In this document: positions 1 to 12,480 of the stretch, piece after piece
Numbering within the stretch: position 1 is the first letter of the stretch
Layout of the letters: the number at the start of each line of letters is the position of its first letter
Program-made: the position numbers and the translations under genes
Origin: Octopus bimaculoides
Lineage: Eukaryota
Direction of reading: 5' to 3'
DNA length: 63,587 nt
Assembly (NCBI RefSeq): GCF_001194135.2
Contig: NC_068988.1
Span: 13,185,684 to 13,249,270 of the forward strand
Notes under the pieces: model-generated
The model's database searches: none
What the model saw: only the letters and a program-made list of their open reading frames with translations
What the model was told of the DNA's origin: nothing

Positions 1-45
<45 letters not shown>

Positions 46-377
46 CTGTACACTTACCAGTTCAGCTTAACTTGTCCTTGTTAGTCGAAAGACACCTGTT
101 GTTATTTTCTTGTTATTTATATTTTTAATTGTGTAACATTTTCTTTGTTGTTGTACACACCCACCTGCTTTCTCTTAGCTTAGATGTTTTGGGCCCAGCC
201 AGATTTGAACAGTCTCAAGAGCAATTAGCTGAAACTGCTGGGATTTTCTGGAGAGATTGCTGCAAATGACCCCTTCCTTGTTTGTTCTTGTCTCTTTTTT
301 TTTCATCTATTTATCCGGATGTTTTATTGTTGCCTGTTGCATTCTTGTTCTATCCTTTGGATTTATTCTTTCATTCT

Positions 378-567
378 TTTACTTGTTTCAATCATTTGAC
401 TGCGGCCATGCTGGAGCACTGCCTTTAGTTGAGCAAATCGACCTCAGGATTTGTTCTTTCTAAGTCTAGTACTTATTCTATCGGTCCTTTTTGCCGAACC
501 ACTAAGTTACAAGGATGTAAACACACCAGCACTGGTTGTCAAGCGATGTTTAAAGGGGTGGACAAAT

Positions 568-600
<33 letters not shown>

Positions 601-762
601 CAACGGACTTCTTTCAGTTTCCATCTACCAAATCTACTCACAAGGCTTTGGTCGACCTGAAGCTATAGTAGATGACACTTTCTCAAGATGCCACGCAGTG
701 GGACTGAACCCGGAACCATGTGGTTGGTAAGCAAGCTACTTACACACAGCCACTCCTGCGCC
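378..762 (-). mobile_element. Near full-length tRNA-headed SINE (family A, 3' module 1) with an internal (TA)n(TG)n microsatellite
   Basis: On the minus strand: head GCGCAGGAGTGGCTGTGTG with A-box-like TGGCTGTGTG and B-box-like GGTTCAGTCCC. This is followed by a body, a microsatellite, and a 3' module ending GCTCCAGCATGGCCGCAGTCAAATGATTGAAACAAGTAAA. Many homologous copies lie elsewhere in the window. Confidence 0.85.
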
Positions 763-780
763 TATATGTGTGTGTATGTT

Positions 781-815
<35 letters not shown>

Positions 816-989
816 GTATATGTATATATGTGTGTGTGTATGTATATATAGTATGTATGTGTATGTATGCATATATATGTATGTGTGTGTATGTATATAT
901 ATATGAGTGTGTATGTGTGTGTGTGTATATATATGTAAATATATATATACATATATATATATATACATACATATACACACATATATACA
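762..989. repeat. Compound (TA)/(TG)/(CA) microsatellite
   Basis: Directly visible alternating dinucleotide runs. It is the source of several spurious YIYI/VCVY ORFs. Confidence 0.9.
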
Positions 990-1149
990 CAACGAGCTTT
1001 TTTCAGTTTCATCTACCAAATCTACTCATAAGGCTTTGGTCTGCCTGAAGCTATAGCAAATAACACTTGCCTTAGCTGCCATGGAGTGGGACCGAACCCA
1101 GAACCACATAGTTGAGAAGCAAGCTTCTTTCCACACCACCATGCTTGCA
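990..1149 (-). mobile_element. SINE family A head and body (second copy, tandem with 378-762)
   Basis: Clear similarity to 600-762 (TTTCAGTTTC-ATCTACCAAATCTACTCA-AAGGCTTTGGTC ... GAACCACAT). Confidence 0.8.
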
Positions 1150-1174
1150 TCTATAAGCATATACTATTCAGATA

Positions 1175-1209
<35 letters not shown>

Positions 1210-1626
1210 GTATTTCACCTCTATGTATGTGTTTCAATATATACACATAATCTTACAAAGATACAAGGTCAATTTTAGTAGGAGAGGACTATAGAAAATT
1301 GAATTTACTCTAGTAGAAAATTGGTACTTATTTTATCAATCCTGGAGGGTTGGCACAAACCTGTACAACCGTTGATATGGAAACAGTGGTTGCTAAGCAG
1401 CATTAAATTATGCAAGCATGAGGGAGCAAGAATAGTGTTAAAATGGAAGATGAAGGTGATTATTTCTCAAACTAGTTTAGATGGTTTTACTAATTTTTTT
1501 TTCTATTGTAAAATTTAAAAACTAATTTTGGCACATTCTACTGCTCTGTCGTTATTTTAATAATACCTTTAAAATGAAATTATCTAGTAGTTTTTTTGTT
1601 TTTTTTGGCACCAAAAAAACACAAAC

Positions 1627-1699
1627 TTCGTCTTCATTTAGTATGTCAAAGGCAAGTGAGCCTTTCGGAGCCATTCTTTCCAGAAATTTTAATTTGTAG
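1627..1699 (-). CDS. Candidate internal exon (x-YKLKFLERMAPKGSLAFDILNEDE) of an unidentified minus-strand gene
   Basis: Acceptor TTCTTTTCAAACAG and donor GAA|GTTTGT. 73 nt, phase 2 to 0, open, and phase-compatible with exon 15280-15459. The donor is only moderate. Confidence 0.4.
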
Positions 1700-2279
1700 C
1701 TGTTTGAAAAGAATGCATGTTGTGTGTGTGTGTGTGTGTGTGTGAGTGTGTGAGAGAGAGAGAGAGAGGGAGTGATCATAAAGCAGAACAGTTTTCCTTC
1801 TATGTGCACTTTAATCACATGTTCAGTAAGATCAGACACGAAATACAAACAGAAACACATCATTGTAAAGGTGTTTGCTTTCACACAGATAATACATTCT
1901 TTCTCTTCCCCCTCTCTTGCTCTCTCCTCCCCTCTCTCTCTCTCTCTCTCATACTATGCAGAATACAGTATTACATTATAAATACCCTGATCTGTAATAA
2001 TATAAACATATATCATTTAAAGCATATAATTCATAAATTGATTAGTATATACAAGGTAATTGCCCAAATTTAATTATAGTTCATTATCGTTTGTCTGTTT
2101 CTTCTCTCGTTCATTATATTGGATATTTCCAGAAAAGTGCATTTTATCTGATGTAAAAAAACAAAAAATAAAAATTTTTAAAAACCGTTTGCAAATATTC
2201 ACACATTTTTCAAATTCATTGATATACCACACCCATATGTATGGTATATAATGATTATTGTATATATATATATATATAT

Positions 2280-2482
2280 NNNNNNNNNNNNNNNNNNNNN
2301 NNNNNNNNNNNNNNNNNNNNNNNNNNNNNNNNNNNNNNNNNNNNNNNNNNNNNNNNNNNNNNNNNNNNNNNNNNNNNNNNNNNNNNNNNNNNNNNNNNNN
2401 NNNNNNNNNNNNNNNNNNNNNNNNNNNNNNNNNNNNNNNNNNNNNNNNNNNNNNNNNNNNNNNNNNNNNNNNNNNNNNNNNN
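2280..2482. other. Assembly gap (N run)
   Basis: Run of N following a (TA)n tract. Confidence 0.99.
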
Positions 2483-3177
2483 TTTCAAATGCTATTTAAA
2501 TACTTTTGAATACATACTCCACACCACCACCACCTTTTTTTTTCATTTATCACTCTTATTTTTATTTTGATTTCATGTCTCCTGTTTTTTCTCTTAAGAG
2601 GCAAGTGGTTGATATATCTTTACATTAAGGAGTCTCGCTTTTTCTGTATTTCTTTCTCTAATCTCTCTTCTCTCTTTCTTTCTTTTCATGTTCAATTTGG
2701 TTGCTTCTTTTTCTAGTACTACTATAAGAAACGTTACTTCCTTTCTCTTGATCCTCCTCTTCTCTATATAGTGAATGAGTGATTGATTGATTGGTTGGTG
2801 CAGCAGCTGGTTGGTTTGATGCTAGCATTGGCTTCTCTTGGTGACGTTTTTATTTCATTAGATGTTTGTATGTGCCAGCTTTCATAGTGGATGAATCTTT
2901 ACCTTAAATAATGGTAAGAAATTTTCTCTGATGCTTCTTATCCTCTGTTCGACATGTACAGCTGAATATGTGTGTATAGTTGTTATTCTGTACAATTGAT
3001 TGATTTCAAACATTGTTTTCTTTTACTCTGGAACAATTACATACATACATACACATATATAACATGTGTGTGTGTATATATGCATGTATGTGTATATATC
3101 ATATGTTTATATGTATGTATATTTCTATGTATATGTGTATGTGTATATGTGTGTGTATAGACATATCAATAAATATT

Positions 3178-3217
<40 letters not shown>

Positions 3218-3344
3218 TAGATATATAGATATAGATATAGATAGATATATAGATATAGATATAGATAGATATATATAGATATAGATATATAGATATAGAT
3301 ATAGATAGATATATATAGATATATAGATAGATATACATATATAT

Positions 3345-3729
3345 NNNNNNNNNNNNNNNNNNNNNNNNNNNNNNNNNNNNNNNNNNNNNNNNNNNNNNNN
3401 NNNNNNNNNNNNNNNNNNNNNNNNNNNNNNNNNNNNNNNNNNNNNNNNNNNNNNNNNNNNNNNNNNNNNNNNNNNNNNNNNNNNNNNNNNNNNNNNNNNN
3501 NNNNNNNNNNNNNNNNNNNNNNNNNNNNNNNNNNNNNNNNNNNNNNNNNNNNNNNNNNNNNNNNNNNNNNNNNNNNNNNNNNNNNNNNNNNNNNNNNNNN
3601 NNNNNNNNNNNNNNNNNNNNNNNNNNNNNNNNNNNNNNNNNNNNNNNNNNNNNNNNNNNNNNNNNNNNNNNNNNNNNNNNNNNNNNNNNNNNNNNNNNNN
3701 NNNNNNNNNNNNNNNNNNNNNNNNNNNNN
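3345..3729. other. Assembly gap (N run)
   Basis: Run of N following a (TA)/(GATA)/(GATATA) tract. Confidence 0.99.
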
Positions 3730-3796
3730 ATATAAACTTGTCTTATCATCTAAAAATCATGGACTAGTACTTTAATTTTCAATTTCATCACATTAG

Positions 3797-3921
3797 TTTC
3801 CAACATTGACATGTCCAGCATTGTAGCAGGTACTAGTTGTGTGGCTTTAAATTATTCTTTTGTGGAAACTTTTGAACGTCATTCTTTGACTGATACAGCA
3901 ATGTTTGGTGAAGAAGAATAA
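3797..3921 (+). CDS. Weak candidate terminal exon (SNIDMSSIVAGTSCVALNYSFVETFERHSLTDTAMFGEEE*)
   Basis: Acceptor CATCACATTAG, 40 open codons with protein-like composition, then TAA overlapping AATAAA repeats. No homolog recognised. It would be antisense to the minus-strand gene intron. Confidence 0.2.
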
Positions 3922-4109
3922 ATAAATAAATAAAAGTTTAAATTGTTATATAATTATTTCAAAAATGAAATTATTTCTTCATTGTCCCTTTTCATTATAT
4001 CTCATTATATCCCCAACTACATCCAAGAAATTTTGAAACCTTGAATGGTTATAATTTGTAAATATTTTAGCAGAAGCATATCTGATAATTTTCAATCCTT
4101 TATCTTTTC

Positions 4110-4500
4110 TTTTATCTTCCACTTGTTCTAGTCATTGGACTATGGCCATGAAGGAATGGTTGCCTTGGAGAGTTTACTTGAATAAATAAACCACAGTATT
4201 CATTTTTAAGTCCTGTCTGTTACTTTTGCCAAATTGCTAAGTTACAGGACTGCAACCAAACCTGTACCAGTTGTCAAGTGGTAGTGGGAGACAAACATAA
4301 AGCCACACGTATACTTAGATACACACATGCACACAAACATAAATATGCATGTGTGTGGGTGTGTGTTTGTGTGGGTGTTAGGAAGGGCATCTATCAAATC
4401 CACTCACAAGGCTCTGGTTTGTCTGAGTCTATAGTAGAAGACACTAACCTAAGGTTCCATGTGGTGGTTAGAAAGACCTCTTTCCACACAGCCATGCTTA
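4110..4500 (-). mobile_element. Degenerate SINE family A copy
   Basis: Motifs CTAAGTTACAGG, AAATCCACTCACAAGGCTCTGG and CTATAGTAGAAGACAC match 378-762. Confidence 0.65.
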
Positions 4501-4699
4501 TATCTGTGTAAATAATTTCAAGGAAAATTTTGCCTCAACTGTTTTCTATAGGAAGGAGATTTAATTTGTTTGATTGAGATTGAGTACAAAATGTTTTTAC
4601 AAGAATTTAGAGTTATTTACATTTGTTTTAAAATTATTTTCTCAGAATTCAAGTTCATATTTTATAACTCAAGAATGGCAAGCTATATTTTTTCATGTG

Positions 4700-4990
4700 A
4701 TGAGAAGTTTACTTCTCAACCACATGATTTTTGGTTGAGTCCTACTGCATGGTACCATCTGCTATGCAGCTGGGTTAACCAAGGCCTTGTGAGCGGATTA
4801 GGTAGACAAGAAACTGTAAGAAGCCTGTCATATGTATGTATCATTGCACTTGAACTCCACCACCATTTGATAACTGGTGGTGGTTTTGTTGATGTCTATT
4901 TTTAACTTGGTGGTTTGGTAAAAAGATAGGTAGAATAATTTTCAGGGCTGTATATACTTATTTAGTTTATAAAGGATTAAATCACTGCAG
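4700..4990 (+). mobile_element. Degenerate SINE family A copy
   Basis: CTTCTCAACCACATG, AGTCCTACTGCATGG and ACCAAGGCCTTGTGAG match the family A head and body. Confidence 0.6.
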
Positions 4991-5203
4991 TGACCCTAAT
5001 TTGATTCTGGGACTTAATATTTATTTCAAAACTCATTCACTTATGAATGTTATATATAATCAAAGTTATAAAACTGAAGCTATTTTTAAATTGACACGTT
5101 GTCCAACTTATGTAAAACTTGAAACAGTAAACTAGAAACTGACCTCAAAACTCAAACTGGGTCTCTATAAGCTGGTTTAAGTCAAGACCTTTTTGCCATA
5201 GGT

Positions 5204-5360
5204 CAGTTATAGGCAAACTGCAGCCTGTGGGTCACATGCAGCTTGTGGGTTACATGTACCCTGTGGTTCACATGCAGCCTGTGGTTCACATGCAGCCTGT
5301 GAGTCACAAGCAGCTTGCTAGTCGCATGCAACCTGTGGGTTGCATGCAGCTCATGAGACT
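5204..5360. repeat. 18-bp minisatellite (~8 units, CACATGCAGCCTGTGGGT) attached to a hAT-like terminus
   Basis: Tandem units are visible directly. They are preceded by CAGTTATAGGCAAACTG, which resembles a Charlie-type hAT end. Confidence 0.8.
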
Positions 5361-6189
5361 TGCTGAATGGCATACATAATGAAAAATTACCTTGAATGTA
5401 TTTAGTAGTAAAGGCTCATTTGATGATGAGCCATGCCTCATGCAGCCCATATCTTGAGAAAGGGTCATCCATGTCTGTTAGAGTGCTAATATTCATTTTT
5501 GGATCCACTTCAGCAATCAGTTGAAAAATACACAGAATTAAATATTTAAAACTTATTTGACAACCAACAGACGTAAAAATAGTGCGTGATAAGCCAGTTA
5601 TCACATAGTAACAATGTAGCCAAGAATTAATTCTGCCATAACCCATTTTTTAACCTGTTCATTTATATAGAATCCCCGAAATATGCAATGGTATGTCTTA
5701 ACCTGAAGAAAGAGGGATCACTCTGAAAAAGGAAAATCAAAAGGATCATTATCAACAATTCATGCTTTTTCTTAATTTTAAAGAAAGGCAAGTCCCTGTA
5801 ACTTAGTGGTTTGGCAAAAGAGACTAATAGAATAAGTACCAGGATTTTTTTTAAAATAAGTACTGGGGTTGATACATTTGACTAAAAATTCTTCAAGGTG
5901 GTGCCCTTACATGGCTAAAGTCTAATGATTGAAGCAAGTAAAACAAATAAAAGATATATCGAACAAGTCACATTTAATCTTTAATATAGTGAATATCTAT
6001 AGATAAATTTGGTTGTGTTTTATAGAGTACTAGATATAAATTTTTCTCCTTATATTTTATTTTATCCTTACAATCCTTCAAAAGTCAAAACAATCTATTT
6101 TAAATAGTTGTCTGAATATATTTGAGAATTAAAAATCTCCATCTAACATAACATTATATACTTAAAATTAGATGTTTGTATAATCCTGG

Positions 6190-6960
6190 TGCTACATCAT
6201 TTTCTATTCTGGATGTCATGGCTATGATGGATCTGCTATAAAGTACATCACCACTTAGTTTTATCTTTCATTATTTCATCGGTGAAGCCAAGTGTCTTAA
6301 GATCTGACCTCATTGCTTCTTCACTACATTTTTGTTAGTCTTCCTCTTACATGGATACCTTCCACTAACAGCATGGATAGTTTCACTCAACATTCAACTC
6401 TTGTTTGCATCATATGTTCATATTAGTACAGTTGTTGCTTATTTGCTAATTCTTTTAATGACTTAGCTACTATCTCAGCTCAATTCTGCTCTACTTTTCA
6501 TGCAGGTTAACATTACACATCAATCAGATTATGCTTGCTTCATTTCTCCTCAACCTCTGTAGATCTTTGATATTTAGTACTTATATGTCACTAAAATGCA
6601 AGCATCACACTTCTTTCACATGCTTCATAAAATCTTCCTTTTTCTTGACGAAAGAAACTCTTTGTTACTATCTGAGGTAACAGCTTTCTGAATATCTATC
6701 AACTTCTTACTCTGAATTATGCTTTCTCTATAGCCATCTAATTTTATCACAGCTTTCTCTACAGATATCTTTCAAACCTAATTATATTAGGTAAAAGAAT
6801 CTATTAGCTATATCTAGTAAGCCACCTGAACAGTTCATGGATTTCATTTTGTGTGTGTTCCTACTGATACCTATTCATTTGCACCTGTTACATATGAAGT
6901 CCAGGTTTTCTGTCAGTCTACTTGAGATCCAGCCACAAATTTTGTGTTTCTGTTCTTTGC
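6190..6960 (-). mobile_element. Highly decayed RTE-type LINE 3' remnant
   Basis: Minus-strand translation includes EEAMRSDLKTLGFTDEIMKDKTKW, similar to the RTE ORF C-terminus. Many stops. Boundaries approximate. Confidence 0.5.
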
Positions 6961-8669
6961 ACTAAGTATGCAACATTGAGTTACTACCTACACCCTTCTT
7001 ATATATCAAACAAAGTCACCACTTAAGGTACTGAGATTGCTTTCATTAATTAACTGTTTGGTTTTATAATATAGACTTTTAGGCCTCTAGGCATGGAATA
7101 TTTTTTACAACAGACTGCTTTGAGAATTCAATCACCATTGTATAAAAGTTTCCAAAGAACATTTCTTGAACTGCATGCTACTACTTTAAGTACTATCATA
7201 AATAGTACCTAAGATTATAACATACATGTATTTAGTACCTTTACTATAATAGTCTCTGCCACTTGGAGCTGGTTAAGCTTATGCCACCTCTAGTCAGCCA
7301 TGCCCAACCCATTCATCTCTCATCACCTTTGTTCTAACCAACCCCACCTAGGAATCCTATGCCCAATCCTTTCATCCCAGAATGTTGGTCCTCTGGAACT
7401 CCCTTCCTACTTTCATCTTTTCCTGTAGGTGTTTGTTTGCAGTAGAGACATTAACTCTTAACAGCATCAATCACATAAATCTAGGAGGACCTGTGAAGGC
7501 CATGGGCACTAGCCTTTGCTCCAGACAAATGAAGGAAAAAAACTGCTAATATCTTTGTAGGTATAAATTAGTCAGTAATTACTTAAATACATGAGGTTGC
7601 TTCTGTTATAAAGATTATACAAGCATAGGAGATGTCTTTTGTCTGTATTCTGTTCTAAGAAAATTGTTAGATATCATCATCAGCAACATCATTTTTCATG
7701 CTGGCATGGGTTGGAAGGGTTAACAGGATCCAGCAAGTCATAGGATTGCATCAGTTTTGGGTTTTGGCACAGCTGTCTGATGCTGAAGGCCTCCTGAGAC
7801 CCCAGAAACATTGCTGATGATGCATTCCAGAACATTCATGAGATGTATCTTAGAACTAAATAGGTTACATTGATAACTTCCAAGAATAATTACCTCATAT
7901 ATAATAAAAGAAATAGAAGACATTTAGAAATTTGACAATGATTATGTATTTGACTGAATATTAGAAGTAAAATCTATTTGATTTGCATTTATGATAATAG
8001 CTACAGAGTTATTGTAAATTAGAGAAAGACTAGGTGTACCTATATATTTTTCTGTTTCACATTTTATGCATTTTTTAATACCATTTTATTAAAATGTACA
8101 AAATTTATTTATGCCTATTTTGATGTTGTATAGTTGTTTGTTCTGTGTGCCCGATTTATTTCATAAAATGTCTGAACACCACCCTGGTAATTAATGCTCT
8201 AATTTATGACTACTTTTTTTTAATGGTAATTATGTAATTAGTATGAAATTATTTTGATTTTCCCCCTATACAAGTTACACTTGAGATACAAGCCAACACA
8301 GTCCTAAAAGGTAGACCACAATAGTTGTGCTTGTATTTAGGTCAGCATATAATGTGAAAGATCATGTTTTGTTTCACTGTAACCATAGTCATCAAGATAT
8401 ATCTCTATCTACACTCAATTGTGTACACTCCCTGATCTTACAATCGGTATCACATAGAATTTCCACTAGTTCTTTCTGCTTTTAATGAGACACCCTACTT
8501 TTATGGCTATTGGTCAATGGTTATTATAACTAATAATATTTGAGACTGTGTTTACATCATAAGAATTTAGAAACTTCAAGAAACATTAAATAAAGTGTTT
8601 TTAATGGTGGAACTTGAAGTAGATAATGCTATAAATAACAGCATGCAAATATTGGTTTCAATTTTGGTA

Positions 8670-8860
8670 AAGACCAGCAAGTTCAGGGTAGGGGGTAAGT
8701 CGATTACATCAACCCCAGTGCTTGAGTGGTACTTATTTTATTGAGTCTCAAAGGATGAAAGCCAAAGTCAACCTCACCAGAATTTGAACTCAGAATGTGA
8801 AGATAGACAAAATGCCATTTTTCCCAGCATGCTAACAATTCTGCTAGCTTGCACCTTAAG
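8670..8860 (-). mobile_element. tRNA-headed SINE family B
   Basis: Plus-strand GGATGAAAGCCAAAGTCAACC, GAATTTGAACTCAGAA (B-box) and GCTAACAATTCTGCTAGC match the copies at 24358, 34255 and 48962. Confidence 0.7.
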
Positions 8861-9294
8861 AGCATGCAAGTATTGGGATAAGAATATCCCAATAATTTGG
8901 GTAGTAAAAGTCAAAGGTTGCCTGATTTATTTATTTATCATTAAGGGCTCATTCAGTTTTGTAATATTCTTAAATCTCATAATTTATGAAACTAGATCAT
9001 CTGCAGATGAAACATTTAAGAATTACAATGTTCTGAATTCTGTTATGAACAGTAAACAACTACTTTAATTAATGAATTATTAAATCTATTCATACCTTTA
9101 CAGTTTGATTAAATAAAATTTTCCTTTTTAAAACTACATCATTTTAAATTCAAAGAATATGTAAAGTAATCAAACATCTTCGCTAAAGCCTGTGGTTGTG
9201 GAACAAGGGAAGTTAGATCTATTTTAAAGGTGTTAATGTTCAAAGAAGCATGGATATTGCACAATGCAGAATAGTGTGACTATTATTAATGACT

Positions 9295-9706
9295 ACTGGT
9301 TACAACTCTTTGTTTCAAAGATGTCTGTAAGAGAGATACGAAGTTGCTTGATCTGGACGTCCTGAGATGAGAAGAGGTTGCAAGTGATCACCCACACTGG
9401 AGGCAAATACTGTGAAAGGGAATGAAGCAAGCAGAAGGAAAACAAGAACTCACTATCAAAGAAAAGTACACTCTATGGAAGGAAAAATCAGTTGTACCGG
9501 CAGAGAGCTCCTTCAAATACTGTATGTGTGATTGCCACTCCCGTGTGGCCTGTACAGCCACAACAAACGCTGCACCACCATCAGCAGCTGACACGATTTC
9601 TTTGGGCACAGATCCATGGCCTTCTGAGATTGACAGATACCTACCAAACCTACCAGATGGCTAGAGAACAGGTTAAGAGTTAAATTTAGAGAAGATGATG
9701 TTGATA
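9295..9706 (+). mobile_element. RTE (BovB-like) LINE 3' end
   Basis: Translation FKDVCKRDTKLLDLDVLR*EEVASDHPHWRQIL*KGMKQAE...YCMCDCHSRV, then GLYSHNKRC-like residues after a frameshift. This is the typical RTE C-terminal pattern. Tail GAAGATGATG. Confidence 0.85.
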
Positions 9707-11082
9707 TCATGGGCCCAAACTATAGAGGTTTTAGTAGGAAATATTTATCATTTTGCTCTTGTACTGCAATAACCTTAACTTTTACCATCTAATTCTTGCT
9801 GATTTACATCATATTCATTATGAAGTTGCTGTAGATGTTGTATAACTTTATACAACTCTTATTATATTGATCTACATAATAGAATTAGCCAACAGACTTA
9901 ATCTATTTGATATGGTCCAGTATTTGACCTCCTATCTCAGCAAGATATTGACACTTATTTTATTAATCCTAGAAGTGCACATTCTGAAATCAAGTTCAAT
10001 AGGAGTCACACTCAAAATTATCATTTATGAAGTTAAGCATGTTGCTTAAACTATCACTAAACTACTGGCTTTTAAATTCAGTAGATGTTATATAGTATAT
10101 AATGACATAGTGTTTGCCTCTGTCTGCACATACAAAGTTGATTAAAAATCTATTGACTTATTGTGTATTATTGTCCAGCATTGAAACAAAATACTTTTAA
10201 TGCACCAGTAATTTACTAATCAAACTAGCTACCAAAAATGTGTTTAATAAGCAAATTGGTCTATCCACTTTACTTAAATCCAAAATAATTGTGTCTCCAT
10301 GGACAGTTATAGAGGAGACTTAGTCACTGATGAAATCCCAACACAGCATTAAAATTAATCTAGCTGGTCACTCTTTTCCTTTCCAGAAAGATACTATATA
10401 TTAAAACAAGGTGTCTACCTTTGTCTATACAGATGAAATAAATATTAGAGATGCTTAGTCTCATGCAGAAACTGCAGGAGCTACTCAAACGGTTCCCCTT
10501 GCAGATTCTTACTAACCACTTTTTGGTTAAAAATCTGGACATATATTCTGTTGTACAGTTATAGCATTTAAATTTAGTGTTGCAAATTTGATTGAATCTT
10601 ACTTTTTAGATAACTTTTACATTGTAATCCTGCCTTTGTGTAAGAACCAGGACAAGGAAAATAAAATTCCAGTATTAAAATCATAGATGTTAACTTGAAA
10701 CTTGTTTGGCAGATAAATCTATTACAAAGCTTGCAATAGTTCTACACACAACATCTCTTCTTCTGACTCACTGATACAAAGAAAGAGCATTATTAGTAGC
10801 TAATGGTGTGTGTGTGTGTGTGTGTGTGTGTGAAGTACTGAAGAATTTTTGTTGTCATAAAGGAATATACTTATTCACATTTTCTTGTATTTTTTGTTTA
10901 CTAAGTTTCCATAATGGTAGAAGAATGAACTTCAAAGGACTTGGTATTTCAGTTGGAGACATTGAAGGCCTACTTGTATAAAACTAGTTCTCTATCTTCC
11001 TGGAATGACAAAAACCATCAAAAACTTATAGATTTAATCAAACAAGATTCATTTTATTATTCTGTGTGTGTGTGTGTGTGTT

Positions 11083-11126
<44 letters not shown>

Positions 11127-11751
11127 TGTGTGTATGTGTCTTTGTATTCACGCATGCACATGTTTATTTCATACAGTTATTTACTAGTTCTTCAAATAGG
11201 TTTTCTTGATTGTGCCAACAGCATCTGTCATTTATTGGTTTATTTCAATATTTGTTGATGGAACTGTTTCCAAATACCAACTTGTAAATGTCACCATAAT
11301 TCAAGTATCATCCTTTGCACACAACCTCTGTTTTTGCTCTTTGTTCAGAGACCTCCCTCCTCTTTCTCTGTTCCTTACAAAACACTGACTGCATCATCTT
11401 TTGCTGATGACTCCATATTCAATTTTACTCCATTCAAATGGAGAAATTTTAATTCCTTTTAATCATTCCTTAAAATAAACTAAATCTCTTTCTAAAATCT
11501 CAATTCAGAAGGTTAACTCAGTCCTTTCTAGAAAGGAGCTGAACTGAATTTTCCCTTTTTTTTTATTCTTGAAAGAATTGAAATCTATTTCTATGACAAT
11601 GCCGTGATAAGTATATTATAAATATACTCGTATACTGAAAATACTAGTTTATTGAGGCAGAAGGTGTGTCACTTGCAATGCCTTTTTCGTATTCAGGTAA
11701 AAACAATATCTGTTTTTATTCTACATTGCCTAATGTTAAAGGAAAGCCCGG

Positions 11752-12480
11752 AACAATTATTTCCAGGACCACAATGTAGGCCGCAGAGTTAATTCTAAGG
11801 CCTTGTGGAAAGAAGTAAGGAGGCATCACATGTCCTTCATTGCTGACAACCCCTAAAACCATGACAGTTGCAGGAAATTTTGTATGCATAACACTTGGAA
11901 CTTTAGAAGGGTCTGCACATAAACACCTGTCATATCTTCTGTTAACTTTTTGATCTTTGTTGAAGTTTTTCTCATTTGAGAAAAACCAAATCAAATCTTC
12001 TTCTGCTGGATTTTTCAGTCTGTTTAAGAGCCTTTTAGATCTGATGTAGTGATTTTCTTTTGCTTTTTCTGGCAAATTAACCTTTCTTCATCTGACTGTT
12101 CCTTCTGACACATGGAGATCTTTTGTAATTGACCTCATGGACTTTCTGAGATTGTAATCAATGGTCTGATGGACTTCCTGGATAAATTCAGGTGGTCTGA
12201 TGGTTTCAGAGTGTTTAGAATGCTTTTTAAGCTTTGAAACTGGTGATATGTTTCCTTACAAATTTTGCAGGCAAAAGATCTGGCAACTTTTAAAAATTGA
12301 GATATTTCTAAATCGCTATGCTCATCCTTTATAACCACAATAACAGCATGCCTCTTTATTTCTTGAGTAAGCTGAGGGTCTGCCTTTATTATTTTCTGAA
12401 ACAAAGATTATACAGAGTTAGCAAAAAATGCAGCAATGACCCAAAAATGGTATGTCCTCAAATACCTTACACACCCTGTA
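11752..12480 (-). mobile_element. Truncated IS630-Tc1-mariner transposon (DD37D/DD41D-like), pseudogenised transposase
   Basis: ORF 11716-12075 contains WFFSNEKNF (first catalytic D mutated) and TKFPATVMVLGVVSNEGHVMPPYFFPQGL. The upstream ORF 12135-12404 resembles the N-terminal HTH region. One TIR (TACAGGGTGTG) ends at TA 12479-12480; the other end is missing. Confidence 0.85.

Noticed and set aside
688-1048. Cluster of ORFs rich in YI/VC/HT (also 2972-3278, 35484-35742, 45239-45544, 61513-61869)
   Set aside because: These are translations of TA/TG/CA microsatellites, which lack stop codons in several frames.
2903-2961. 59-nt minus-strand exon-like segment (VHVEQRIRSIRENFLPLFK) with AG/GT ends
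   Set aside because: Phase 1-0 is incompatible with its neighbours unless exons are hidden in the N gaps. It is short enough to be chance.
2241-3749. ORFs containing long X runs
   Set aside because: They are artefacts of N gaps.
5391-5474. 84-nt minus-strand exon-like segment (TWMTLSQDMGCMRHGSSSNEPLLLNTFK) with donor AAG|GTAATT
   Set aside because: Poor polypyrimidine tract, and phase 0-0 cannot slot between the phase-2 exons. Possible but unsupported.
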